From positions 5,913,950-5,977,949 of the forward strand of contig NC_134026.1 of the NCBI RefSeq assembly GCF_964204645.1: 64,000 nt of DNA, in the 5' to 3' direction. The translations under genes were made by a program, and so were the position numbers. The DNA is from Tubulanus polymorphus (Eukaryota > Animalia > Nemertea). Under the pieces are notes generated by a model, which ran no database searches, was not told where the DNA came from, and worked only from the letters and a program-made list of their open reading frames with translations. Positions 51,035-62,280 of this stretch are shown piece after piece; the first letter of the stretch is position 1, and every line of letters starts with the position of its first letter.

Positions 51035-52904
51035 CAAAATTGGAGTTACTTTCTTTCCAGTTTCATTGACAACATTTAAATGATTTCCTTACTTAAGTCA
51101 CCGACAAGAGGTTGTTTTCGAATCGCGATGTGATTTCTTGCTATGAAAAATTCAATCAAGCATTGACCGCGGCTCTGTGGTTGTTTGTTGATGTTTGTTC
51201 ACTTGTTTGTTTGCGTTCGTATTGCTTTACGCGGACATTACTGAATTGAATTGATTGTGTTGAAGTGTCGGAGACGGATTAGGAATGTGTAAATCAATTC
51301 AATTTTACTTAATTCACATCATATTTCGCGGATTCTCAATAATGACCCTTCTCGTCTTTTACGGATCAATCCATCTTTTAGTTTGATTTTGATGGTTTTC
51401 AAAATCGTTTGGTTAAAACCGCTTTAAACCATCTAAGACGGTTGGTGAGTTGGAGTGAATAATTGTGTGTTTGAGTGTGACCGTGCCGGCCGCACACTGG
51501 GACTGAGGCCCGGACTTGTCACAATTGGTCAGTCTGTGAACTTGAATAAAACCCGGTATCAATGACCAACCCCAGTATCCCTGTATAATAGAAAAAACTG
51601 AAGTGCCCCCCTTGTTTTTTAGGGATAGTGGGGTTGATCATTGATACTGGTTTTTCATTCACCCATCAGTCAATCAGTGACGCCCTGTGATTCCACCCCT
51701 AATTTGTAGACAGCTTACCGGTCTAGCACCGACAACCAGTCTAATAATAGCTGCTTCAGTTTCTTTACAGGTTGATTTGAACGAAATACATGCACGTATG
51801 TAGGAACGAAAAATTGCATTCATGGTCTTTTGACCAAGGACTTAAAACTTAACCTAAAAAGTCGAATTCAATAACTATTAGTGGACCAATGCAACCGAAA
51901 AATCCCATTGCATTAGTCCCAACCAGGCCCTTATTATCGTTTTGCTTTTCCCTAGTTTTAAATTTCTAGATTCTAATTTGAAAACGTAAGCCAATACGGA
52001 GTTCACTGATGATTGGTACCGGGTAACCGAAAGAAAAATTCAATAAAACAAAAACCCGATATTCAAGCCTTTGTAGATTTTATTTGTATTCAGTTTTAGA
52101 CACACTAACTAAGGTTATAACTCGGCAGTCACCTCTCTTAGCGTGTTTTGATATTATTTTATCGTACGAGTTACGGATGTATTTGATAATGCGTTCTGTT
52201 TGCGATTTCAACTCGTCAACATATCGGTGCTACCCCTGGATCCGCGCCTGCAAAATACCTAACTCCTCGCGTGAACAGCTATGCACAATGCTTGTAATCG
52301 AACGAAGTTTCATTTGTCATGACAAGTGCACTTTTACCAACAAAACTGCAAACGAAATGTTTATCGGCCCCGTGCTACCTCAAGTTTTTTCGCCTCGGAA
52401 AGAATACCCCAAGAAAACATAAGAAAACGATATTTGAGCATTTGAAGCTTTTTTGCACGCATTCAGTTTTATACACACAAAACTATTATAAAACATACTA
52501 ACTATTAAAAGACTAAACATGAAGCAACACACAAACTTTTATATATTTTCAATTAGTTATTCTTCGTATACTCATTAAACGAACGTATAAAAATAAAGAC
52601 AGTTTGTTGCTGTTGGATGCTATCACAAACTAACAAATTTTTCATGCCTTCATTTGGCATTATATATTACCAGGTCAATTATCGAATTAATCCAAATCAT
52701 GTGACTGATGTTCTCATGACATTATTGGAAGGAGTGGAATTATAGTCGATGAAGTTGCAGCCGCGGATGAACGTATCGGTTACGATACTAGATAGATCCG
52801 GGTCCCTGGGGTACTTTTTATCCATTCGTTGAATAGCTTCTAGAATCTGGATGTTACAATCAATCAGTTGAAATAAAATCACACGTTTCCATCCATGGTT
52901 ACTA

Positions 52905-54146
52905 TTAATGGGCGGATTTGATTATTTTCTCATATGTAGGAATAAGGTTAAGTACTTCACTATGCCAATAATTGCTAATATCAGTTTTCATTTTCTTTTG
53001 GAAATCGACAATTTTCGGTCTGAGTCGCTTCAGCGATATCTCTTTGTCTGCACCGTCTATCGCTCCAGCACGGGCATACATGGGTTTGTATACTTTCTTA
53101 CCATCCGCACGAAAGGTTAACTTTACCTTGCATCTATCTTTGCTGTTGGAGAAGAACCGATCGAAGAAGCAGTTGCAGTTGGTATAATCAGCTGTATGGA
53201 CAGGTACAAGCCATCCTTCTTTTTTTGGTTTAGGTTTCGGGCATTCGATAGTTTTCTGGCAATCACCTTTGTTGGCGTGTTTTTTTATTATTTTATCGTA
53301 CGAATTGCGGATGTATTTGATAATGCGTTCTGTTTTCGATTTCAGCTCGTCAACATATCGGTGGTATCGTTTAGTGCCTAGCTCTGATTTATCATCGCGA
53401 TATGTGTCGATCAGTGTTTTTACATTCGTTATAAGTAAAAGCGCGTAATTTCTAAACGATAGAAAGTTAGCTTCAATTCGCTTTACGTCATCAATCGATA
53501 TCGTTGAAATAGGGGTATTTTCATGAAGGGCAAATTGCGGGAAATTAGCTATGATATCATCACTAGCGTCTATCATGCATTCGTTGACGAGCTCTTTTGT
53601 TGCTTTCTTGATACAATTACTGAATAAGTTGAATAAGACTTTATACCTTCGTTCACCGAAGTCCTTTTCTAACTTGATGATTTTTTGATCAACATATCCC
53701 ACCATGTCATCCAAACGCTGGTTTACTTCGTCGGTCAGTTCACTTATGGCTTGGTTCACTTTATTCAGCATATCATTTATTGTCGGTTTCGTTACTGCGT
53801 CAAGGATGGCGAAACTAGCACCAAATACACCCAGTGCAGGTCCCAGTTTTGGAGCTACTTTCGCAAAAGAGGACGCGAATTTACTTACTAGATTAAGAGA
53901 ATGCATACTGAGAGTCGCAGTTTTAGCTACTGGTCCGAGAATTTTATTCATGAAATTCGCTTCTAATTCTGCTTTTGGCGCAGTTATTTTGCTGGGCGTG
54001 ATAGCCTTTCCACCCGGTATATAATGTGTGAAACTACATCCATCACCCACGAAGCCGTTTACTTTAACTCGGTAAGTTTTGCAGCAACCACGAGCGATAC
54101 ACAAAGCCAGCAACAGCAAGCTCACTGCTATTTTACCTGTCATCAT
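52905..54146 (-). CDS. Secreted toxin-like protein B (413 aa; 3 aa differences from A)
   Basis: Intact ORF with the same architecture as 35448-36689. Confidence 0.85.
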   Translation of the reverse strand: MMTGKIAVSLLLLALCIARGCCKTYRVKVNGFVGDGCSFTHYIPGGKAITPSKITAPKAELEANFMNKILGPVAKTATLSMHSLNLVSKFASSFAKVAPKLGPALGVFGASFAILDAVTKPTINDMLNKVNQAISELTDEVNQRLDDMVGYVDQKIIKLEKDFGERRYKVLFNLFSNCIKKATKELVNECMIDASDDIIANFPQFALHENTPISTISIDDVKRIEANFLSFRNYALLLITNVKTLIDTYRDDKSELGTKRYHRYVDELKSKTERIIKYIRNSYDKIIKKHANKGDCQKTIECPKPKPKKEGWLVPVHTADYTNCNCFFDRFFSNSKDRCKVKLTFRADGKKVYKPMYARAGAIDGADKEISLKRLRPKIVDFQKKMKTDISNYWHSEVLNLIPTYEKIIKSAH

Positions 54147-54944
54147 CCTGTTAAACGAGACATATATTTTGCATAATCGCATGGAATATCATTCATATCT
54201 GTTAAACTATTTCAGTTTTCGTGTCATTTATTGATCCGAGCTCAACAAAACGCCCGTCTAAGAAGAATATATCTGTCAATATCATTTCGAAAAAACCGTT
54301 GGAGAAATATCATCTAAACATAAGCGGAATTTTTGTATTCCATGAAATACTAATTAAATGTTGGCTTAACAAATATGTCCCTATCAACACGACACCCCAA
54401 TCTTGAGAATGTTTTACACTAACCTGCAGCAGATGTTGCCTTAGTCTACAGTAAATGAAGGAATGAAAAAAGAATTCCCCATTGGTCTTTATACAGCGGA
54501 TCGTGATAAACGAATCGAAACGACTTATGTAACCAAGGCTGGTAGTCAAAACAGACTTTTTCTTCATGGGTGATTTTACGACATTCTGATATTATTCATG
54601 ATCAAAATCAACGCTTTTGTATGCCTTAGGTCGAATCGTTAGATTCGTGAACTTATAATCGTCAGGAATGATGGGGATTTAAATTAATGACATTTTTGCA
54701 ACTCTTTTCGTTATGAGAACGAGGAAACTTTTCTTACTTTTTGTAGTTAAACGAAGAGATTAATTGTAGTAGTTAAATGAAGAGTAATTCATTGTGTTAG
54801 ACATTCTTTCAAAGGTCGGTTCATTTACTCATTAGTATAATCTCGTCGTCTTGCATGGACTTGTCTGCGAATTCCGTTCCCCGTCGTTTGGCTCGTTAAC
54901 TGATATATAATAGTCCTGCTCCGATAAACATGGTGGCACCGATT

Positions 54945-55815
54945 TGTATTTGATAATGCGTTCTGTTTGCGATTTCAGCTCGTCAACTTATCGGTGATCG
55001 GTGGTATCGTTTAGTGCCTATCTCTGATTTATCATCGCGATATGTGTCGATCAGTGTTTTCACATTCGTTATAAGTATAAGCGCGTAATTTCTAAACGAT
55101 AGGAAGTAAGCTTCAATTCGCTTTACGTCATCAATCGATATCGTTGGAATAGGGGTATTTTCATGAAGGGCAAATTGCGGGAAAATAGCTATGATATCAT
55201 CACTAGCGTCTACCATGCATTCGTTGACGAGCTCTTTTGTTGCTTTCTTGATACAATTACTGAATAAGTTGAATAAGACTGCATACTTTCGTCCTTTTCT
55301 AACGCGATGATTTTTTGATCAACGTATCCCACCATGTCATCCAAACGCTGGTTCACTTCCTCAGTTAGTTTACCGATGGCTTTGTTCACTTCTTTCAGCA
55401 TATCATTCATGGTCGGTTTTGTGAATTCGTCAATTAGACCAAAAATACCAGCAAATACACCCAGCGCAGGTCCCAGCTTCGAAGCTACCTTCGAAACGGA
55501 ACCTGTAAATTTATTGAAAATGTTTAGAGCTTGCGTGTTGATTGATCCACCTCTTTTTGTAACGGGAAGAGAATTTACAGCGAGACTTGCAGCTGATGAT
55601 TCTGGTGCGAGAATGGCTTTCACAAAGGTCTCTTGCTTCTTTGCTATTGGCGCAGTTATTTTATTGGGCTTCACAGCGGTTCCACCTGGTATGTAATTCT
55701 TGAATGTGCATCCATCACCTGTGAATGAATTTATTTCAACCCGATAGGTCTCGCAGCACCCTTGAGTGATACACAAAGCCAGCAACAGCAAGCTCACTGC
55801 TATTTTACCATTCAT
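54945..55815 (-). pseudogene. Divergent toxin-like paralog D, frameshifted and 3'-truncated
   Basis: Acceptor TTTCGCAG then ATG at 55815 (MNGKIAVSLLLLALC...). 10-nt deletion near 55290, 7-nt ATCGGTG duplication at ~54990-55003, and truncation at ~54945 against the upstream region of gene B. Confidence 0.85.
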
Positions 55816-57506
55816 TCTGCGAAATAAAAACAATGAGAAATTGACTGGGCGTATGAAATTTACCTATAAAGCTTTCTCGCAATAGTCCAGTGCGAATCAG
55901 TGTATTACTTAAATACATAATGCATAATGGCCTCAAAATGGCGCCTGGTAACTGGAAACTTCCCTATTGATCAACAATTTCGAAATGTGCTTCCTTTTAA
56001 TCTAGTCAACACGTGGGAAATCATCTTAGAGGACTTTTACATCAACATATATCCGAGGAAAAAAAACTACAATGATTTTTCGGACTATTTACACACAAAA
56101 AAGGACCAAAAAATATTCGAAAAAATGGACAAATGATCTTTAATCCTTGTAATATAGTTACTTCCAAAATCTCGAGGTATTAATTAGGCAGCCAACAAAA
56201 TAAAACCCAATCAGTCGCTTGCCGGTTCCGGCCGCTTGGATGAATGATTGTTTGAATGAACCGGAACCGAAATTTCCAATTATGAACTTCGATTTTGAAA
56301 AAAAAAATTATGTAACCTCGGCCGACGACAAATCAGAGACATTCTGTACTTCGATTTCCGATTTCCAAATCAAACCCCCTGTTAATTAAGTCACTTAATT
56401 AAGTCGGACTTCCAGGCTTTTTCCGAAAACTACGACTTGAGAACTGATTTCTGTCAACGGAAAAATTAAATCAACATCTACAAAAGTAATTTAAAAACAT
56501 TGAAATATTTTTCGGGCTTATTTATCTTTTCTAATACGCTAACCACAACAAAAATAAAGACTGTGGACGTGTATCGTCGATTTCAAGCCAGGAACAGGAG
56601 AAGAAATTAAACTGCAGGGAAGAAAGAAGCCCTCCGACTTTCGGTGAGTGTTTCTAACTGATTTTTTCATTACGGGTCCAAGAACAATACCGAGAAAGGC
56701 AAATATAAAATGCGACTTAGGAATATAAATTTCTTTGAAAAAGAGAAGGAACAAGAAAATTAATTTTAGAAAATTATTTGACGCCTGCGAAAAAAATGTA
56801 TAATTTCTGGGCTAAGCTAATGTGGAATTGCAAATTTGAAATCGAAGTTTTAAGAAATTTGGGGAATGATGAGATTAGGCGATTGGGTAGATGATACAGC
56901 GGGTCTTCGACTCTAGTAGTGGTTTAAATGTCAAAAAATCTGTACCATCAAAATTCATCCGATATAAGCGATCATCAGATTTTTGCCGATTCGAGGCAAG
57001 GTTTACTGTATACATGTAACGCCTATCAAATGAATAACAGGGTCAATCCCTATTTCAAGATCAGTATCTTATAGTGCAGTGGCCACCAGTCTACACATCT
57101 TGCCAAGCAGATGCGTTGTATCGGCAGAGCGAAATAGCAGGTAAAATCAACATACAACACTTGATGGCCGCTGAGCGGTAACCTGTCCGCCCAAGAAATT
57201 TTGAGCGGTGTTAGAGACTTATGGGTGGTCTGCTGCCCAGGGTTTGCGTGGGCTTCGGTGGGGGGCAATCAGAAACTAGCAGGCGAAGATGCTGCGGCGA
57301 GAATACGGCATTCGAGGACTTTTTCGATTGCGCTCTTCCAGGGCATTCTTCTCGATAGAAGATTTCGAGTCGTCACGGAGACTGAATATTAACGCCAAAT
57401 GTGGCGTTTATCTTGATTCACCATTCATAGAATTTGAGGGGTCATGGTGGCACAAGGTCATAAGTGCGGTTTTTTAGTGCCGAATAGTATTTTTGTGAAC
57501 ACAAAA

Positions 57507-57810
57507 CAGGGGCGGATCCAGAGCTTTTATCGAGGGGAAGCACCCGATAAGAAGGGCAGTACAAAGAGGCCCTATCCACGCGTAACGAAAAGGGGTTCTG
57601 GTGGCCATCCCGTACGAAAATATTAATAAAATAAACCCCTGCAGATGCGATTTCCAAGGATTTGAGCTTGTTTCGACCAAAGTAAAATATATTAGGAGTC
57701 TTTGGACGTCCTCAGGTGGTACCGAAGTTTTGACGGGAATGACTTTCGGGGCCAACTGAAAATTTAGAGGGTAGCGCGTTCCCCGGGTGCTACCCCTGGA
57801 TCTGCGCCTG
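57507..57810. mobile_element. CAGGGGCGGATCCAG-type MITE with 5-bp TSD
   Basis: TIRs CAGGGGCGGATCCAG / CTGGATCTGCGCCTG. CAAAA duplicated (57502-57506, 57811-57815). Confidence 0.72.
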
Positions 57811-58472
57811 CAAAATACCTCCTCGCGTGAACAGCTATGCACAATGCTTGTAATCGAACGAAGTTTCATTTGTCATGACAAGTGCACTTTTTCCAACATA
57901 ACTGCTAACACAATGTTAAGTCGTTATGTTTATCGGCCCCGTGCTACCTCAAGTTTTTACGCCTCGGAAAGAATACCCCAAGAAAACATAAGAAAACGAT
58001 ATTTGAGCATTTGAAGCTTTTTTGCACGCATTCAGTTTTATACACGCAAAACTATTATAAAACATACTAACTATTAAAAGACTAAACATGAAGCAACACA
58101 CAAACTTTTATATATTTTCAATTAGTTATTCTAGGTATACTCATTAAACGAACGTATAAAAATAAAGACAGTTTGTTGCTGTTGATGCTATCACAAACTA
58201 ACAAATTTTTCATGCCTTCATTTGGCATTATATATTACCAGGTCAATTATCGAATTAATCCAAATCATGTGACTGATGTTCTCATGACATTATTGGAAGG
58301 AGTGGAATTATAGTCGATGAAGTTGCAGCCGCGGATGAACGTATCGGTTACGATACTAGATAGATCCGGGTCCCTGGGGTACTTTTTATCCATTCGTTGA
58401 ATAGCTTCTAGAATCTGGATGTTACAATCAATCAGTTGGAATAAAATCACACGTTTCCATCCATGGTTACTA

Positions 58473-59714
58473 TTAATGGGCGGATTTGATTATTTTCTCA
58501 TATGTAGGAATAAGGTTAAGTACTTCACTATGCCAGTAATTGCTAATATCAGTTTTCATTTTCTTTTGGAAATCTCTAACTTTCGGTCTGAGTAGATTCA
58601 GCGATATCTCTTTGTCTGCACCGTCTATCGCTCCAGCACGGGCATACATGGGTTTGTATACTTTCTTACCATCCACACGAAAGGTTAACTTTACCTTGCA
58701 TCTATCTTTGCTGTTGGAGAAGAACCGATCGAAGAAGCAGTTGCAGTTGGTAAAATCAACTGTATGGACAGGTACAAACCATCCTTCATTTAGAGGTTTA
58801 GGTTTCGGGCATTCGATAGTTTTCTGGCAATCACCTTTGTTGGCGTGTTTTTTTATTATTTTATCGTACGAATTGCGGATGTATTTGATAATGCGTTCTG
58901 TTTTCGATTTCAGCTCGTCAACATATCGGTGGTATCGTTTAGTGCCTATCTCTGATTTATCATCGCGATATGTGTCGATCAGTGTTTTCACATTCGTTAT
59001 AAGTAAAAGCGCGTAATTTCTAAACGATAGAAAGTTAGCTTCAATTCGCTTTACGTCATCAATCGATATCGTTGAAATAGGGGTATTTTCATGAAGGGCA
59101 AATTGCGGGAAATTAGCTATGATATCATCACTAGCGTCTATCATGCATTCGTTGACGAGCTCTTTTGTTGCTTTCTTGATACAATTACTGAATAAGTTGA
59201 ATAAGACTTTATACCTTCGTTCACCGAAGTCCTTTTCTAACTCGATGATTTTTTGATCAACATATCCCACCATGTCATCCAAACGCTGGTTTACTTCGTC
59301 GGTCAGTTCACTTATGGCTTGGTTCACTTTATTCAGCATATCATTTATTGTCGGTTTCGTTACTTCGTCAAGGATGGCGAAACTAGCACCAAATACACCC
59401 AGTGCAGGTCCCAGTTTTGGAGCTACTTTCGCAAAAGAGGACGCGAATTTACTAACTAGATTAAGAGAATGCATACTAAGAGACGCAGTTTTAGCTACTG
59501 GTCCGAGAATTTTGTTCATGAAATTCACTTCTAATTCTGCTTTTGGCGCAGTTATTTTGCTGGGCGTGATAGCCTTTCCACCCGGTATATAATGTGTGAA
59601 ACTACATCCATCACCCTCGAAGCCGTCTACTCTAACTTGGTAAGTTTTGCAGCAACCACGAGCGATACACAAAGCCAGCAACAGCAAGCTCACTGCTATT
59701 TTACCTGTCATCAT
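58473..59714 (-). CDS. Secreted toxin-like protein C (413 aa; about 20 aa differences from A)
   Basis: Intact ORF with the same architecture. Differences cluster near the two ends. Confidence 0.85.
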   Translation of the reverse strand: MMTGKIAVSLLLLALCIARGCCKTYQVRVDGFEGDGCSFTHYIPGGKAITPSKITAPKAELEVNFMNKILGPVAKTASLSMHSLNLVSKFASSFAKVAPKLGPALGVFGASFAILDEVTKPTINDMLNKVNQAISELTDEVNQRLDDMVGYVDQKIIELEKDFGERRYKVLFNLFSNCIKKATKELVNECMIDASDDIIANFPQFALHENTPISTISIDDVKRIEANFLSFRNYALLLITNVKTLIDTYRDDKSEIGTKRYHRYVDELKSKTERIIKYIRNSYDKIIKKHANKGDCQKTIECPKPKPLNEGWFVPVHTVDFTNCNCFFDRFFSNSKDRCKVKLTFRVDGKKVYKPMYARAGAIDGADKEISLNLLRPKVRDFQKKMKTDISNYWHSEVLNLIPTYEKIIKSAH

Positions 59715-60961
59715 CCTGTTAAACGAAACATATATTTTGCATAATCGCATGGAATTTCATTCATATCTGTTAAACTATTTCAGTTTTCGTGTCATTTATT
59801 GATCCGAGCTCAACAAAACGCCCGTCTAAGAAGAATATATCTGTCAATATCATTTCGAAAAAACCGTTGGAGAAATATGATCTGATATAATTTAAAACAT
59901 AAGCGGAATATCTGTATTCCATGAAATACTAATCAAATGTTGGCTTAACAAATATGTCCCTATCAACACGACACCCCAATCTTGAGAATGTTTTACACTA
60001 ACCTGCAGCAGATGTTGCCTTAGTCTACAGTAAATGAACGTATGAAAAAAAGAATTCCCCATTGGTCTCTTTATACAGCGGATCGTGATAAACGAATCGA
60101 AACGACTTATGTAGCCAAGGCTGGTAGTCAAAACAGACTTTTTTCGCTGTTTTTGTTAACTGATATATAATAGTCCTGCTCCGATAAACATGGCACCTAT
60201 TTAGGCTGTATGAACTTGGGTTCACCTCCGTCAGTTTTCTTCAGAAATATACAAAATTTGTTTGAGATTTTAGTAATTGTCTAACAATTTGGACAAAGCT
60301 TAGTCCATTTGTAGTAGACATTCCAGTAAAACACTGACTATAGTCGAATCAACGCTAAAATCCGTCGTGTACACTGTAGATAAATGAAGAAATCCCACAC
60401 TTGTGGGATTCCTTCATTTATACACTGACTATAATTTGCACCACAAAGTGACACCACTGAATCCCAAGTAAATCACTACCAATCAAAAAGTGCCCGGCCC
60501 GCCCCGTGGACAAATTGCTATCATAAGGTTAAAGTAAAGAGCTTCTTTCAATCAATTACATGTTTCTATAGACCTATATGTTTTCCCTTTTCAAATTGTC
60601 GAAATTTTTTCGCTATTTGTTTTTGAGGTTTTTGTGCCTTTTTCTTTTTCCGCCAGCTCGTGAGCGCATGATGAGCGATGAATAAAGTTTGAATTGCCCA
60701 ACATCAGTTCTAGTCCGTACACGCATCCGCTATCAACGTCCGCGTTTTAGCACCCATAAACGTAGAATTATTATTAAAACAACAACGTGGTTGGGGTGTA
60801 TATGATTCCATCCTACTGAAATAATAAACAGCTTTATCAATTTATGCACTTTACTGATTAACATATCCACGATCTACAATTCTTTGTGAGTATCGTTGGA
60901 TGGTTTATATTATCTCTTTAGCAGTTGTCAGTGTATTAATTCAGTGTGACGTAGTAGATAA

Positions 60962-61801
60962 AGTCAGTCATACTTAGTTTCACGATCGGATATTTTCACA
61001 AACCACAGTCAGGAATGGGAAGGTCATTTTTGTATGCAATCTTCGTCAGCCAATTTGACTGACGAGTAATTTGCCTGGCATTTCATTGTCTCTTAAGATA
61101 TCCGTCTAATTTTTGTTGTAATCGACGCACAACAGATTCGTAGTTTGATACCTATAACACCTCACCTGACGATCTTAATCCATGTGCAAATCGGCCGTAA
61201 AAGTGAGAGTAAATTTCCGTTGAGTCAACAGCTGCCATTTTGAAAATTACTGGAGGTGTTGGCACCTGTGGACTGAGGCCAGGACAACAGCACAAACTAT
61301 CGTAGCGAAACGACGAAATTGAAAAAAATTAAGAAATCAACACTTATTCACATTTTTCTTTTACCAGAATTTATTATTTCTTTATTTATTATGGAAAACA
61401 CGAAGATTTGAAATATAAGTCGGAAAACCATCAAAAATAAAAATTGTTGTTTCGTCTTGGAAGTTTTATATAAATCCTTGTAGGTCCCCTTGGCTTATCA
61501 TGCCACATGTGCAATACAGAGAAAGGGCGGCCAATGGCGAAATTTGTGGAGAAATTAATTAATTTCTCAAAATAATGTTGATTAATCACTGGAAACATAC
61601 ATAAAATTGGATTATTTCGAAAGGTACCTGTGTTAGTTTGTGAATTAAGCCATTAATTGTGGACTGAAGTGAATAGAAAGTATATTTTTGAAGTGTTACT
61701 TTTTTCAACCGTGTTTTGGTCCTTTACCTTGTCATCCCTAACATTGGTATAAGCCCATCCGATTATAAAAAGCTTACCACCAACGATTAGGTAACTAACT
61801 A
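60962..61801 (+). mobile_element. Third copy of the ~845-bp MULE-like element, left end damaged
   Basis: Collinear with 30582-31425 and ends GGTAACTAACTA. No TSD recognisable. Confidence 0.8.
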
Positions 61802-61931
61802 GATATTCCCGTAACCGGTACTCCACTGACCACACAAGTCAAAAATATGTAGGCCATTATTCCATCTCGTGAAAATCGACAAATGAAATCAGTAATAATT
61901 TTTAGATTAATTTATGAAAATTGTTTTATAG

Positions 61932-62072
61932 GTATATTAACTGGACACTCGTTATTAGAGAAACAAAAAGGAAGAAGGGCTATGACTCATCAGGGTAGGC
62001 TTATTCTGGAAGACGGCGTAACTTATTCCGGAACCGTGTTCGGGTCGCCAGAGAATGTTGCCGGAGAAGTGG
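61932..62072 (+). CDS. CAD: Carbamoyl-phosphate synthetase (CAD or mitochondrial CPS-like), exon encoding the start of the glutaminase/small-chain domain; gene continues beyond the window
   Basis: MTHQGRLILEDGVTYSGTVFGSPENVAGEV matches the L.LEDG....G..FG......GEV start of CPS small chains. Acceptor TTTTATAG at 61931, in-frame ATG at 61982, donor G|GTAAGT after 62072. CAD versus CPS1/III cannot be resolved from one exon. Confidence 0.8.
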
Positions 62073-62280
62073 GTAAGTAAGGCCGAGATAAACACGCCGC
62101 ATAAAGTCACGGTAGGCCTATGAAGAATGTTCATTGGTGGGCGTCTCTAAAAATTTAATCAGGATTTCAGAAAAACAACTGTCAAATGCCATGGTTTAAA
62201 TGTGAATCATTCTGATTAAAACTATTGATTATAAGTTTATGTTTTGAAAGCTTATATTTTCACTTCAATAATAAAAAGAA

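Larger units (their letters stand above)
37887..60592 (+). repeat. Segmental tandem duplication, copy 2 (~22.7 kb, with an internal extra toxin-gene unit)
   Basis: Matches copy 1 from 37887 to ~54940; 57786-60592 again matches 34769-37885. Confidence 0.92.

Noticed and set aside
58540-59592. Plus-strand ORFs overlapping the toxin-like genes (158 aa, 106 aa and others)
   Set aside because: Antisense shadows of the real coding frame.
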